From Bryobacterales bacterium (lineage in GTDB: Bacteria; Acidobacteriota; Terriglobia; Bryobacterales; UBA6623), in assembly GCA_963422305.1 (NCBI GenBank), contig OY729422.1, positions 4,267,985 to 4,331,984 on the forward strand: a stretch of DNA of 64,000 nucleotides, in the 5' to 3' direction. The stretch's first letter is position 1. Every line of letters begins with the position of its first letter. Positions 30,476 to 39,555 of the stretch are shown piece after piece. Under the pieces are notes generated by a model. The model saw only the letters and a list, made by a program, of their open reading frames with translations, was not told where the DNA came from and did no database searches. The position numbers and the translations under genes are program-made.

Positions 30476-31297
30476 AGGATCGATCCGGCGAAGGCCGCGA
30501 CCCCGATCACCGGCTCGGCCGGCGTCAACTGGCGCGCAAGCCTGCAATCTTGCAAGAAATCAAACAAGCCAAAGGAAAACGCGCGCCGGACATGTTGGCC
30601 AAGGCTCTGACGAAGGCTGCGTTGGAACTGATCGAGGAGCAACTCCGCGCGATCGTGGTGTTCGCCAACCGAATCGCCGCGGCGCGGAAAATTTACCGGA
30701 TGCTGCAAGACCGAGAAGACATCGAGGCAGTTCTGCTTACCGGCCGCATGAGGCCCATCGACAAGGATGATGTCGTTGACCGGCAATTGACGCTTCTTCG
30801 GTCCGAAGTCTCCGAAAAACGTGCGTTGCCGAAGCCTCGGATCGTCGTTGCCACGCAGACCTTGGCAGTCGGCGCCGATCTCGACTTCGACGGCCTTGTC
30901 ACGGAGTGCGCGAGTCTCGATGCCCTGCGCCGGCGCTTCGGCCGTCTGAATCGCATGGGCCGGCCGATCGAAGCGCGCGCCGGATATCCTGCCCGCAAAA
31001 GACGGCCGGCGCGACCTGACCCTGCACCTGATTACCGGCCACCACGGCCATTGCCGTCCGTTCGTCCCAGTAGCCTGCGACGATCGAAACGAGACCGTGG
31101 ATTTCGAGTTGTGCGGCCGCCCGATGAGCTGGTCCGGAGGCGCCGGTCTGGAACGTCTCGACTCCGGCGTCGCGGACCGTTATTGGCGGTTGGCGCGGCG
31201 CTACGGCTGGTGGAGGCTGGCTTGGCTGGAAGCGCTGTTGCGGCTCGCCGATTGGCGGCGCAGTGAATGGGAGGAGACGCACGATGACGGCGAGTGA
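30476..31297 (+). pseudogene. cas3: Type I-G Cas3 fragments (helicase C-lobe and extreme C-terminal HD part)
   Basis: VFANRIAAAR, LLTGRMRP, VATQTLAVGADLDFDGLVTECASLDALRRRFGRLNR. After a frame change near 30980: LHLITGHHGHCRPF...RRYGWWRLAWLEALLRLADWRRS, the typical I-G Cas3 C-terminus. Walker A/B and most of the HD domain are absent. Confidence 0.9.
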
Positions 31298-32222
31298 AGC
31301 AAACTCGGGACTTTTGCTGTCCGGGATCGACGGAGGCAATCCGCTCGGGTTCCTTACGGCCGTTGGAACTGCCGCGGTCTTGCAGGACGCATTCCCGGAA
31401 ACGCGCCTCGGCTGGAAGCTGACGGCGGGCGGTTGGAGACCGTCTCTGCGCGGTTGCGGCAACAGTGAACAGGATCTCTCGAACAACCTTTTGAAGCATT
31501 TAACAAATGCTTCGACGGCCGTCTTCGATATCGACAACCGGATGCCGTTCGAAGCCGAAAGATTTTCCAGCGCTCTTCGCGATGCGCAACGCCGCTCGTC
31601 CATGACCGATCGCCGAGACGCCGATTTCCTTTCCGGTATGGGGACCGATCTATACCCCGATAGGAAAGGTCAATTCCAGGATTGGAGTTTCCGCATGGTG
31701 CGCAGCGGAGATGCCGCGGGGCAGGGATTGCCTTTCTATGCCAAGAAGATCCGCGAAAAAACTACCCTCGATCACATTCGGCGCTCTCTGTTCCATACCT
31801 GGGCCTACCGGGATGAAGGCTACAGTCTTCGTTGGGACCCGATGGAAGACCGGCGTTACGCGCTGCGCTGGCGGGACCCGAGCAAATCGAAGGCGTCCGA
31901 CAGTCCGGGAACCATGTTGGCCGCCAACGCCCTGGCTGTCGAGGCGCTGCGCCGGATCCCTACCTTGCTGCCCTCCGGAAAGCAAGCCCAAACTACGGGA
32001 TTTCAGCGGACCGGCCTGCGTGAGACTTACTTCGTCTGGCCGATCTGGACGCCGCTGTTGAAGATGGATACTCTGCGCTCGCTGCTTGCTTTATCCGATC
32101 TCGGCAAACATCCCTTGCCCCGCTCCTCTCTTTCCCAAAGAGGCATCGAAGAAGTTTATTGCAGCCGGCGCATCTCGCAGAACCAGTACTACAGCAATTT
32201 CTTGCCCGCGCAGACGCTTTGA
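31284..32222 (+). CDS. cas8g2: Type I-G large subunit Cas8g2 (Csb3/Cas8u2-like)
   Basis: GIDGGNPLGFLTAVG, SLRWDPMEDRRYALRWRDP, ANALAVEAL, FVWPIW; uninterrupted 312-aa ORF overlapping the cas3 end. Confidence 0.8.
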   Translation: MTASEANSGLLLSGIDGGNPLGFLTAVGTAAVLQDAFPETRLGWKLTAGGWRPSLRGCGNSEQDLSNNLLKHLTNASTAVFDIDNRMPFEAERFSSALRDAQRRSSMTDRRDADFLSGMGTDLYPDRKGQFQDWSFRMVRSGDAAGQGLPFYAKKIREKTTLDHIRRSLFHTWAYRDEGYSLRWDPMEDRRYALRWRDPSKSKASDSPGTMLAANALAVEALRRIPTLLPSGKQAQTTGFQRTGLRETYFVWPIWTPLLKMDTLRSLLALSDLGKHPLPRSSLSQRGIEEVYCSRRISQNQYYSNFLPAQTL

Positions 32223-32290
32223 TTTACGGCTTGTCCGTCGAAACATTGCGGCCGAAGAGCTGCTCGCACGATAGGCTGCAGTCGGTAACA

Positions 32291-33463
32291 ATGGAAGGAA
32301 GCGTGAAACATGCTCTTGCACTCCCACTCTTGTTCTCGCTGTGTCTTCCGGCGGTGGCGGAGCGTCGAGCAGAGGATCTCCTCGAGCGCGTGGGCGATCT
32401 CTACCGCAACGCCGAGAGTTACAGCTTTCTGGCCCGCGAACGGACGGCAACTCAAAGCAGAGGCATCCAAAAGACAACCCGCCGGGTCGTGAAGACCGCG
32501 CGCGACAATGAGGGGCGCTTGCGCGTTGAGCTCGACGACGGCGTCAACTCCGGCATTGTAGTGGACGATGGCCTCAACCGCTGGGTGTACATGCCTACGG
32601 ACGAACAGTATATGAAGCAGCCTTCCGGCGGCATTCCGCTTCCCGTCGTGCCCGGCATCGACTTCGCAGCAGCCGCCAAGCGCTTTACCGACCGCTACGC
32701 GATCGTCGGCGAGAGCATCGTCGAAGCAAAGATCGAAGGGATCGAGTCGCAGCCCGTGAACGGGTCCTCTGTCGATTGCCTCATCGTCAACGCGGCGTAC
32801 AGCCCTCCGCCGGGAATGCGGGGCGGAAAGATCGAGCGGCGGTTCTGGGTCGACCGACGATCGCTGCTGATCGTTCGCGAGCGATCGACGGCAATTATGC
32901 AGACGCTGCCGGCCGGAAGCTCGGTCGAAAAGATCGAGGAAATCCGTTTCGACGCCGCGCATGCCGGCCTGCCCGTTCCCCGCGAGGTCTTCCTCTTTAC
33001 CCCGCCGCCCGGCGCACGCCCGGTCGAGTCGTTCGCCAGAACCGGCGCCGGAGCGGAAGGGCCGGCGCCGGACTTCGCGTTGACCGACTTCGACGGCAAA
33101 TCCGTGCGGCTTTCTTCGCTGCGGGGCAAGGTCGTCCTACTCGATTTCTGGGCGACCTGGTGCGGACCGTGCCGCTACGATATGCCGTTCGTGGAGCAGT
33201 TGCACAAGGAATTGCAACCGCGCGGGCTCGAAGTTTTCGGCGTCAACGGGGAAGACGTCCGTAAGGCTGCGGGCTACCTGCGACGATTGGGATACACCTT
33301 TCCGAATTTGCGTGATCGTCCGCCGGTCGTATCACGGCTCTACCGAGTGCGCTCGATACCCACTTTCGTCGTCATCGACCGCCAAGGCAATCTTTCAAGC
33401 TATATGAAGGGGACTCGCAGCAAAGAGCAATTGCGCCTCGCCGTGATGAAGGCCGGTCTGTAG
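32291..33463 (+). CDS. LolA-like/DUF2092 domain fused to TlpA-type thioredoxin
   Basis: Signal peptide; LolA-fold-like region ending FLFTPPPGA; APDFALTDFDGK...DFWATWCGPC...SIPT. Confidence 0.82.
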   Translation: MEGSVKHALALPLLFSLCLPAVAERRAEDLLERVGDLYRNAESYSFLARERTATQSRGIQKTTRRVVKTARDNEGRLRVELDDGVNSGIVVDDGLNRWVYMPTDEQYMKQPSGGIPLPVVPGIDFAAAAKRFTDRYAIVGESIVEAKIEGIESQPVNGSSVDCLIVNAAYSPPPGMRGGKIERRFWVDRRSLLIVRERSTAIMQTLPAGSSVEKIEEIRFDAAHAGLPVPREVFLFTPPPGARPVESFARTGAGAEGPAPDFALTDFDGKSVRLSSLRGKVVLLDFWATWCGPCRYDMPFVEQLHKELQPRGLEVFGVNGEDVRKAAGYLRRLGYTFPNLRDRPPVVSRLYRVRSIPTFVVIDRQGNLSSYMKGTRSKEQLRLAVMKAGL

Positions 33464-33492
33464 GACGCCCCTCCGCAATCCCCGATTTTCCC

Positions 33493-34344
33493 ATGTCATC
33501 TCCACGTCCCAACAACTATATCCTGATCGTTTTCGATAGCTGCCGCTACGATTCGTTTGTCGCCGCGAACCCGAAAACGATAACGAAGCTCGGCGGCCTC
33601 GAACAGCGCTGGTCTTACGCCTCGTGGACAGCGCCGTCTCATTACAACTTGCTGATGGGACTGCTGCCGCACCAAAGTCCGCGGCAGGTTTACGCTTCCG
33701 AGTACTACAAGAAAGATTTCTTCAAGTTCAACGAGCGCCTCGGCGCCGTCGACATCGAATTCAAGTCGCTTGTGCCGCAACTGTATTTCCCGACGTTTCT
33801 GCAACGGAAGCTGAACTACCGCACGCACGCGATGGTTTCACTGCCGGTATTGAACCCAAAGACGATCTTGAACACAGGCTTCGACTCTTTCCGACTGATG
33901 TCCAGTCACAACGACATGCGGGCAATGCTGCGCGAGATGCGTTTTCCGCAGGACCGCCCATCGTTTTACATCCTCAATGTGGGAGAGACTCATTACCCGT
34001 ATGCGCTGCCCGACGAGCCGCCGAACGAATGGCCCCGCGTAAGCGGCGTTCACGGCGTCTTCAAGCATCTTGACGATCACATCGTCGGCGGGAAGCTCGT
34101 TTCCGGCAACGAGAAGTTCTTCGATCAAGCCAAGCTCGACCTACTGCGCGACCGTCAGGTGAAAGCCGTCCGGTATCTCGATCGGGTGGTCGAAGAGTTA
34201 TTCGATCTCGTGCCGGAAAACACCTACATCACGATCACTGCCGACCACGGCGAGCTTTTCGGCGAAGACGGCTACTTCGGCCACGGACCGATTCAGCACG
34301 AAAAGGTCTTCGATGTACCCTTCATCGAAGGACGGATCCGCTAA
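33493..34344 (+). CDS. Alkaline phosphatase superfamily (sulfatase-like) metalloenzyme
   Basis: IVFDSCRYD, WTAPSH, ETHYPY, TADHGELFGE..FGHG. Confidence 0.8.
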   Translation: MSSPRPNNYILIVFDSCRYDSFVAANPKTITKLGGLEQRWSYASWTAPSHYNLLMGLLPHQSPRQVYASEYYKKDFFKFNERLGAVDIEFKSLVPQLYFPTFLQRKLNYRTHAMVSLPVLNPKTILNTGFDSFRLMSSHNDMRAMLREMRFPQDRPSFYILNVGETHYPYALPDEPPNEWPRVSGVHGVFKHLDDHIVGGKLVSGNEKFFDQAKLDLLRDRQVKAVRYLDRVVEELFDLVPENTYITITADHGELFGEDGYFGHGPIQHEKVFDVPFIEGRIR

Positions 34345-34348
34345 CGAG

Positions 34349-35545
34349 TTACAGCGGCAGGATCTCTTCGCGCAACGGATCGAACTTCAGCCGGCGCTTT
34401 TGCAGATAAGCGATGTTGCCCAAGTGCGACGCCTGCGCGGAGCGGTGGCCGATCCAGACATCGCCGTTGGGCTTCTTGCGGCTCTTGACGCAGTCGATGA
34501 AATTGTCCACGTGGTCTTGCGTCATGTTGCCGATAAAAGGCTGGACCACAGGCGGTTGATCGGGATTCGGAGTGTGCCACTCGTAGCGCTGACGCGTAAT
34601 CCACAGCCGGCCTTGGGTACCCACGACCTCGACGCCGGAGCCGCGCAGACCCGGGGCCAGCGTTGCCTCAAACGTCGCGGTCCACTCGGCAGGGTATTCG
34701 AGGAGGCAATTGATCGTGTCCGGGGCCGTACGTCCGTCCTTGTAGTGGTAGATGCCGCCGGACGCCACCGCCGCCACAGGGTTGTCCTGCCCCATGAACA
34801 TGTGGACGACATCGATCCAGTGCGTGAACAGGTCGGTAATCTGACCGCCACCGTATTCCAGGTAAGCGCGGAAGTTGAAATACTGTTTCGGGTCGTAGTC
34901 ACGCCATTTGACCGGACCCAGGAAGCGTCCCCAGTCGAGGTTCGAGGGCTGCTTCGCGTACTGTTCCGGGTAGGGCCGCAGGTGGGCGCCGTTGCCGTAC
35001 CACCACGTCCGGGCAAGCGTCACCTTGCCGATGGCGCCGGTGTCGAAGTATTTCTCTTTGGCCATCAAGTAGTGCTTGCCGGACCGCTGCTGCATGCCCA
35101 CTTGACAAACGCGGCCGTTCATGCGGACGGCTTTGACGATCTGCGGACCCTCTTCGATGCGCAGCGTCAGCGGCTTCTCGCAGTAGATGTCTTTGCCGGC
35201 GTTGGCGGCATCAATGGCGATACCGGCGTGCCAGTGGTCGGGGGTCGCAATCAAAACCGCATCGACATCTTTCGATTCAAGGAGCTTCTCGTGATATTTG
35301 TGGCCCTTGGCGTTCGGCGCAATCTCGGCGGCTTCGTCGATCCGGGCGCTAAAGACGTCACAGAGCGCCGTCGGGTTGACGTTGGGATTCTGTATAAAGT
35401 TCCTGAAAACCGAGCGCCCCCGGCCGCCGCAGCCGATCAAACCCATGTTGACCTTTTCGTTCGCGCCCAGGATTCGGGCGTAAGAAGCGGCGGTAAACGC
35501 AGCTGCGGAACGGAATAAATTACGACGGTGCAATTTCTTTGACAT
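34349..35545 (-). CDS. Gfo/Idh/MocA oxidoreductase, Tat signal
   Basis: HRRNLF, GLIGCGGRG, ATPDHWH, YCEKPL, VGMQQRS. Confidence 0.92.
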   Translation of the reverse strand: MSKKLHRRNLFRSAAAFTAASYARILGANEKVNMGLIGCGGRGRSVFRNFIQNPNVNPTALCDVFSARIDEAAEIAPNAKGHKYHEKLLESKDVDAVLIATPDHWHAGIAIDAANAGKDIYCEKPLTLRIEEGPQIVKAVRMNGRVCQVGMQQRSGKHYLMAKEKYFDTGAIGKVTLARTWWYGNGAHLRPYPEQYAKQPSNLDWGRFLGPVKWRDYDPKQYFNFRAYLEYGGGQITDLFTHWIDVVHMFMGQDNPVAAVASGGIYHYKDGRTAPDTINCLLEYPAEWTATFEATLAPGLRGSGVEVVGTQGRLWITRQRYEWHTPNPDQPPVVQPFIGNMTQDHVDNFIDCVKSRKKPNGDVWIGHRSAQASHLGNIAYLQKRRLKFDPLREEILPL

Positions 35546-35704
35546 CGGCACAATATTACCATGTTAAGCGTTATAGAAAGAAGCGGGAGGCGTCTTTTCG
35601 GGAAGATATATACTGAATCTTCGGTTGATGGCGACCGGTTCGCGAAAGCCGCAATCCGATAGAATGGCGGCTCCGGCGGCCGTCAATGCCGCTTCTCTCC
35701 TGAA

Positions 35705-38356
35705 ATGATTTTTCCGTTTGCGTTGAACGCCTTCGCGCGAGCCGGCCTGCTCGCGCTTTTGATCCACTGCGCATCGCCCGCCCAAGACAATAAAACCGCT
35801 AAGGCCGGCGCCGTCGAGGAGACTCCCGCCGAAGAGAGCGGTGACGTGGCTTCGGAGCGCACGGAGATCAACTTGTTGGGGGAGACATCCTCGGAGTCCG
35901 GCGAGAGCCGCCGCAACGAGAACGTTCAGTTCAATTTGGTCGACAATAACGCCCTCAAAGAGTTGAATATCCGCCTAGGCACAACGACCACGATCGTCAA
36001 TGAATTCAAGGTTGACGCCGGATTCTTCGGGGCGGAGTTCGGCAAGCCCCCGACTCCTGCGATCCATGCGCAGGGCGTCCGCGGCTCAGGGGTCCACGGC
36101 AACATTTTCTGGCGGCACAACAACAGCCTTTTCAGTGCTCGTTCGTTCTTCCAGGTAGGAGACGTCCAACCGGCCCGCGAAAATTTCTACGGCGGGACGC
36201 TCAGCGCACCGATCTGGAAGGGCGGTTTCATAACGCTGAACGGCTCGCAGAACAAGATTCGGGGCAACGTCAACGGCAACGTCCTAATTCCGCTCCCGGA
36301 AGAACGCATCCCCTTGACGACCGACCCCGTGCTACGGCCGATCGTCCGACAACTGCTGGAGGCCTATCCGAATGTTGCACCCAATCGATCGGATATCGCC
36401 GAGCGGGCGCTCAACACCAACAGTCCGCAGAAGATCAACACCGATTCGGCGCGGGCGCAGATCGATCAGAGCTTGGGAGATAACGATAAGCTGATCTTCC
36501 GCTATGCCCTGACCGCCCAGAATGTCGATGCGTTCCAGTTCGTAGTCGGACAGAACCCGGATACCGATACGAAATCTCATTCGGGGCGAATCACCTGGAA
36601 TCGAAACTGGAACCCGGACACAATTACGGACTTCTCGATAGGTTTCGACCGTCTCGGATCGCTGCTGCTGCCCGCGGAGGGCGCCTTGGGCCCGGTATTC
36701 ACGGGGCGCGCACTGACGTCGCTCGGTCCATTCCCGATCATTCCGCTGATCCGCGTTCAAAACAGATTTCGTTACGGCGGCACAGTGCGCAACACGAAGG
36801 GCCGTCGCGAACTTACGGCGGGTTTTGCGCTGACCCGCCTGCAGTACAACGGTGAGGAACCCGACGGCGCTCGCGGGATTCTCCTATTCCGACCGAATTT
36901 CGGCAACGACGCGATCACCAATCTCCGCTTGGGACTGCCAAGCACTTTAGTCGCGTCGTTGGGCTCGACCTACCGAGGTTTCCGGAATTGGGCGAACAAG
37001 TTTTTTTTGGGGTACCGCCGGCAGGCGTTGAAAAATCTGACGTTGAATCTGGATTTCCGCTACGAACCCGTCACGCGGCCGCATGACGCTACCGGCCGAA
37101 GCGATCTCAATATGGATTCGGACATGAACAATTTCGCGGGATCGTTCGGCTTCGCCTACCGTCTTGCGGGCAAATGGGGTGTACTGCGCGGCGCCTACGG
37201 AACGCAATACGGCGATATTTTTCCCGTCACCTACGGACAAGATCGGCTCAACAAGCCCCACACGGTCACCACCATCTTCGTGAAGCCCGATCTGACAAGC
37301 TATCGGAACAACCTCGCCCCGTCCAGGCGCGACCCCGATGCGCGGTCGAGCCTGATCGAAGTCGGCCCCGACCTGACCACGCCCTACTCGCACCAATACA
37401 ACTTCAGTTGGGAACGCGAGCTAGGGGCCGACTGGCGGCTGCAGCTCGGCTATGTCGGCAGTCGTTCGCACAAGCTGATCATTACCTATTTTCTGAACCG
37501 CGCGAGAGAGATTCCCGGGGTCGAGTCCGGCATCGCCAATATCAATCGGCGGCGCCCGCGGGAGGATATTTTCGAGCATCTCTTCATCCACAACGGCTCG
37601 CGCGGATACTACGATGCCGGCCGCGTTTCCCTGGCGGCGCCCAACTGGAAGAGCATGTCGCTGAACGCTTCGTATTGGTTCAGCAAGGCGATGGACATCG
37701 GCGGCGCCTATACGAACACCGCGTCCGGCCCCGATGCCCGCAACGCAGTCAGTCAGACCGAGTTCGAATCCCACCGCGACCTCAAGGCACTGAGCGACTT
37801 CGACCAGCCGCATGCCTTTTTGCTGCAATTAGGCTACACTACGCCGAAAAGATTGAAGGGAGCTTCACTGGCTCGAAAAATATTCGGCGGGTGGACAATC
37901 GCTGCCGTGACCCTGCTGAAAACGGGTACGCCGTTTACCGTCGACTCCGGCTCGGACGGCCCCGGATTCGGAAACGTCGACAGCCGCAGCGGCGACCGGC
38001 CGATGTTGCTCGATCCTTCCATTCTGGGCAAGACGATCGGCGATCCGGACACCTCGGAATCACTACTGCCACTGTCGGCGTTCCGCTTCATCGACGCGCC
38101 GCTGGAGCAGGCGGGCAATCTCGGGAGGAACACCTTTCGCAAAGGGAAGGTCGCCAATGTCAACGCCTCGCTTGCGCGCCGGTTCTCTTTGTACGGCGAT
38201 TGGAGCACGGAATTCCGCGCGGAGTCCATCAATTTCTTCAACACGCCACAATTCGCCGAACCCGGAAAAACATTGACCTCGCCCAACTTCGGACAGATCA
38301 ACAACACGCTGAACGACGGTCGGACGTTTCGATTGCAGTTGCGGTTCATGTGGTAG
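35705..38356 (+). CDS. Oar-like TonB-dependent receptor-related outer membrane barrel
   Basis: RENFYGGTLSAPI, TPYSHQYNFSWEREL, GNLGRNTFR, EFRAESINFFNTPQF, C-terminal QLRFMW; short N-terminal region. Confidence 0.82.
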   Translation: MIFPFALNAFARAGLLALLIHCASPAQDNKTAKAGAVEETPAEESGDVASERTEINLLGETSSESGESRRNENVQFNLVDNNALKELNIRLGTTTTIVNEFKVDAGFFGAEFGKPPTPAIHAQGVRGSGVHGNIFWRHNNSLFSARSFFQVGDVQPARENFYGGTLSAPIWKGGFITLNGSQNKIRGNVNGNVLIPLPEERIPLTTDPVLRPIVRQLLEAYPNVAPNRSDIAERALNTNSPQKINTDSARAQIDQSLGDNDKLIFRYALTAQNVDAFQFVVGQNPDTDTKSHSGRITWNRNWNPDTITDFSIGFDRLGSLLLPAEGALGPVFTGRALTSLGPFPIIPLIRVQNRFRYGGTVRNTKGRRELTAGFALTRLQYNGEEPDGARGILLFRPNFGNDAITNLRLGLPSTLVASLGSTYRGFRNWANKFFLGYRRQALKNLTLNLDFRYEPVTRPHDATGRSDLNMDSDMNNFAGSFGFAYRLAGKWGVLRGAYGTQYGDIFPVTYGQDRLNKPHTVTTIFVKPDLTSYRNNLAPSRRDPDARSSLIEVGPDLTTPYSHQYNFSWERELGADWRLQLGYVGSRSHKLIITYFLNRAREIPGVESGIANINRRRPREDIFEHLFIHNGSRGYYDAGRVSLAAPNWKSMSLNASYWFSKAMDIGGAYTNTASGPDARNAVSQTEFESHRDLKALSDFDQPHAFLLQLGYTTPKRLKGASLARKIFGGWTIAAVTLLKTGTPFTVDSGSDGPGFGNVDSRSGDRPMLLDPSILGKTIGDPDTSESLLPLSAFRFIDAPLEQAGNLGRNTFRKGKVANVNASLARRFSLYGDWSTEFRAESINFFNTPQFAEPGKTLTSPNFGQINNTLNDGRTFRLQLRFMW

Positions 38357-38376
38357 GCCTCACGCCGCGCGAGACG

Positions 38377-39555
38377 CTACACGAGATCGGCGAACGAGCG
38401 CTTCAATTTGTAGAACCAAGCAAACCCGACGACAAAAACCATCGCGCTGCAGAGCGTAAGCCAACCCAACGGTTCCCATGCCGGGGGCGCGGCTTCGAGA
38501 AAAATGTCGCGGTACCCGCGAACGAGGACGAAGATCGGGTTCAGTTCATAAACCCAGATCAGTCCCGCCGGCAACGAGCTTTCCGGGTAACAGATCGGCG
38601 TGATGAAGAACCACACGGTCAACACGAAGCCAATGATCTGGCCGATGTCTCGGAAGATCACCCCGAGGCCGGCGAAAAACCAGCACAGCCCCATCGTCAG
38701 CAAGACCTGGGGAACTAACAGCAACGGCAAATATCCTGCCGTGAGCGGAGGCGTCTCGCCGAACGCCGCCATTCCTGCCAGAAAGATCAGGACGCCGAAG
38801 AACTGCGAGAATAGACCGGCGAAAACCAGATTGACCGGCAGTATCTCAACTGGAAACACCAGCTTCTTAACGAAGTTGGCGTGCTCCGGGATCGTGCCGG
38901 CCGAACGACCCACGGCCTCGCTGAAAGCGAGCCACGGCAACATGCCGGCAAGAAAATACAAAACGAAGTTGCCGGGGCGGTCGTTCCCTCCGAAACGGGT
39001 GCGCAGGACGATATCGAAAACAAACCAATAAGTGAGCATCAAAAGCAAGGGGTGAATGATGGTCCAGAACAGTCCGCCGTACGAACCCCGATAGCGGCCG
39101 ATGATGTCGCGGCGCACGAGCGAGTGAATCAGCGAACGATGCTCGACAATCGTTCGGACCGGGTAGTGGAACGCCCGAACAAAACTGCGGAAGAAACGCA
39201 TCCACACCAATTTCCGCAAGCTCGCCGGTCGCGTCGAGCGCACGACGGCGCCCGCATCGGTGACTTCGGCCGCCGCCAGCAAGAAGTCGTTGCCGCGCTC
39301 GAACATCCACCCCGTATCGTTGCGGATCGGTGAAACATAGATGAGATAGGCGCCTTCGGTTACGGGCATGTCGATCTCCAGATCGACATGCAGCCTTTCA
39401 CCCGCCGCAACCTCGCCGCGGAGAGGCTGGCGCGGACCATCAACTAAGAGCGTTTGGGTCGAAGCATCGTATATCCGATAGCTGAGTGCGTCACCGGCCG
39501 CCGCGCTCCAGGCATCGCCCGTTCGGTTTGAGATCGCTCCACGAACGCGAATCAC
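38377..39555 (-). CDS. ABC-2 polysaccharide export permease (Wzm-like) with extra N-terminal soluble domain
   Basis: LVRRDIIGRYRGSYGGLFW, FVKKLVFPVEILP, TPICYP, LNP. GTG start overlaps the upstream stop (GTGA); about 120-aa beta-rich N-domain. Confidence 0.88.
   Translation of the reverse strand: MIRVRGAISNRTGDAWSAAAGDALSYRIYDASTQTLLVDGPRQPLRGEVAAGERLHVDLEIDMPVTEGAYLIYVSPIRNDTGWMFERGNDFLLAAAEVTDAGAVVRSTRPASLRKLVWMRFFRSFVRAFHYPVRTIVEHRSLIHSLVRRDIIGRYRGSYGGLFWTIIHPLLLMLTYWFVFDIVLRTRFGGNDRPGNFVLYFLAGMLPWLAFSEAVGRSAGTIPEHANFVKKLVFPVEILPVNLVFAGLFSQFFGVLIFLAGMAAFGETPPLTAGYLPLLLVPQVLLTMGLCWFFAGLGVIFRDIGQIIGFVLTVWFFITPICYPESSLPAGLIWVYELNPIFVLVRGYRDIFLEAAPPAWEPLGWLTLCSAMVFVVGFAWFYKLKRSFADLV

Noticed and set aside
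30163-31266. 367-aa ORF as a novel Cas7-helicase fusion effector
   Set aside because: It lacks the Cas7 N-terminus (frameshift) and the helicase Walker motifs, and ends in an off-frame tail; best explained as a deletion scar
32223-32290. Canonical CRISPR array or adaptation genes after cas8g2
   Set aside because: Only about 70 bp before the next gene; no further repeats found by eye anywhere in the window
37174-38718. Long alternative-frame or antisense ORFs (also 22622-24340, 12856-14139, 19263-20444, 34313-35518, 44688-45863)
   Set aside because: Arg/Ala/Pro-rich shadows of well-supported genes, expected at high GC
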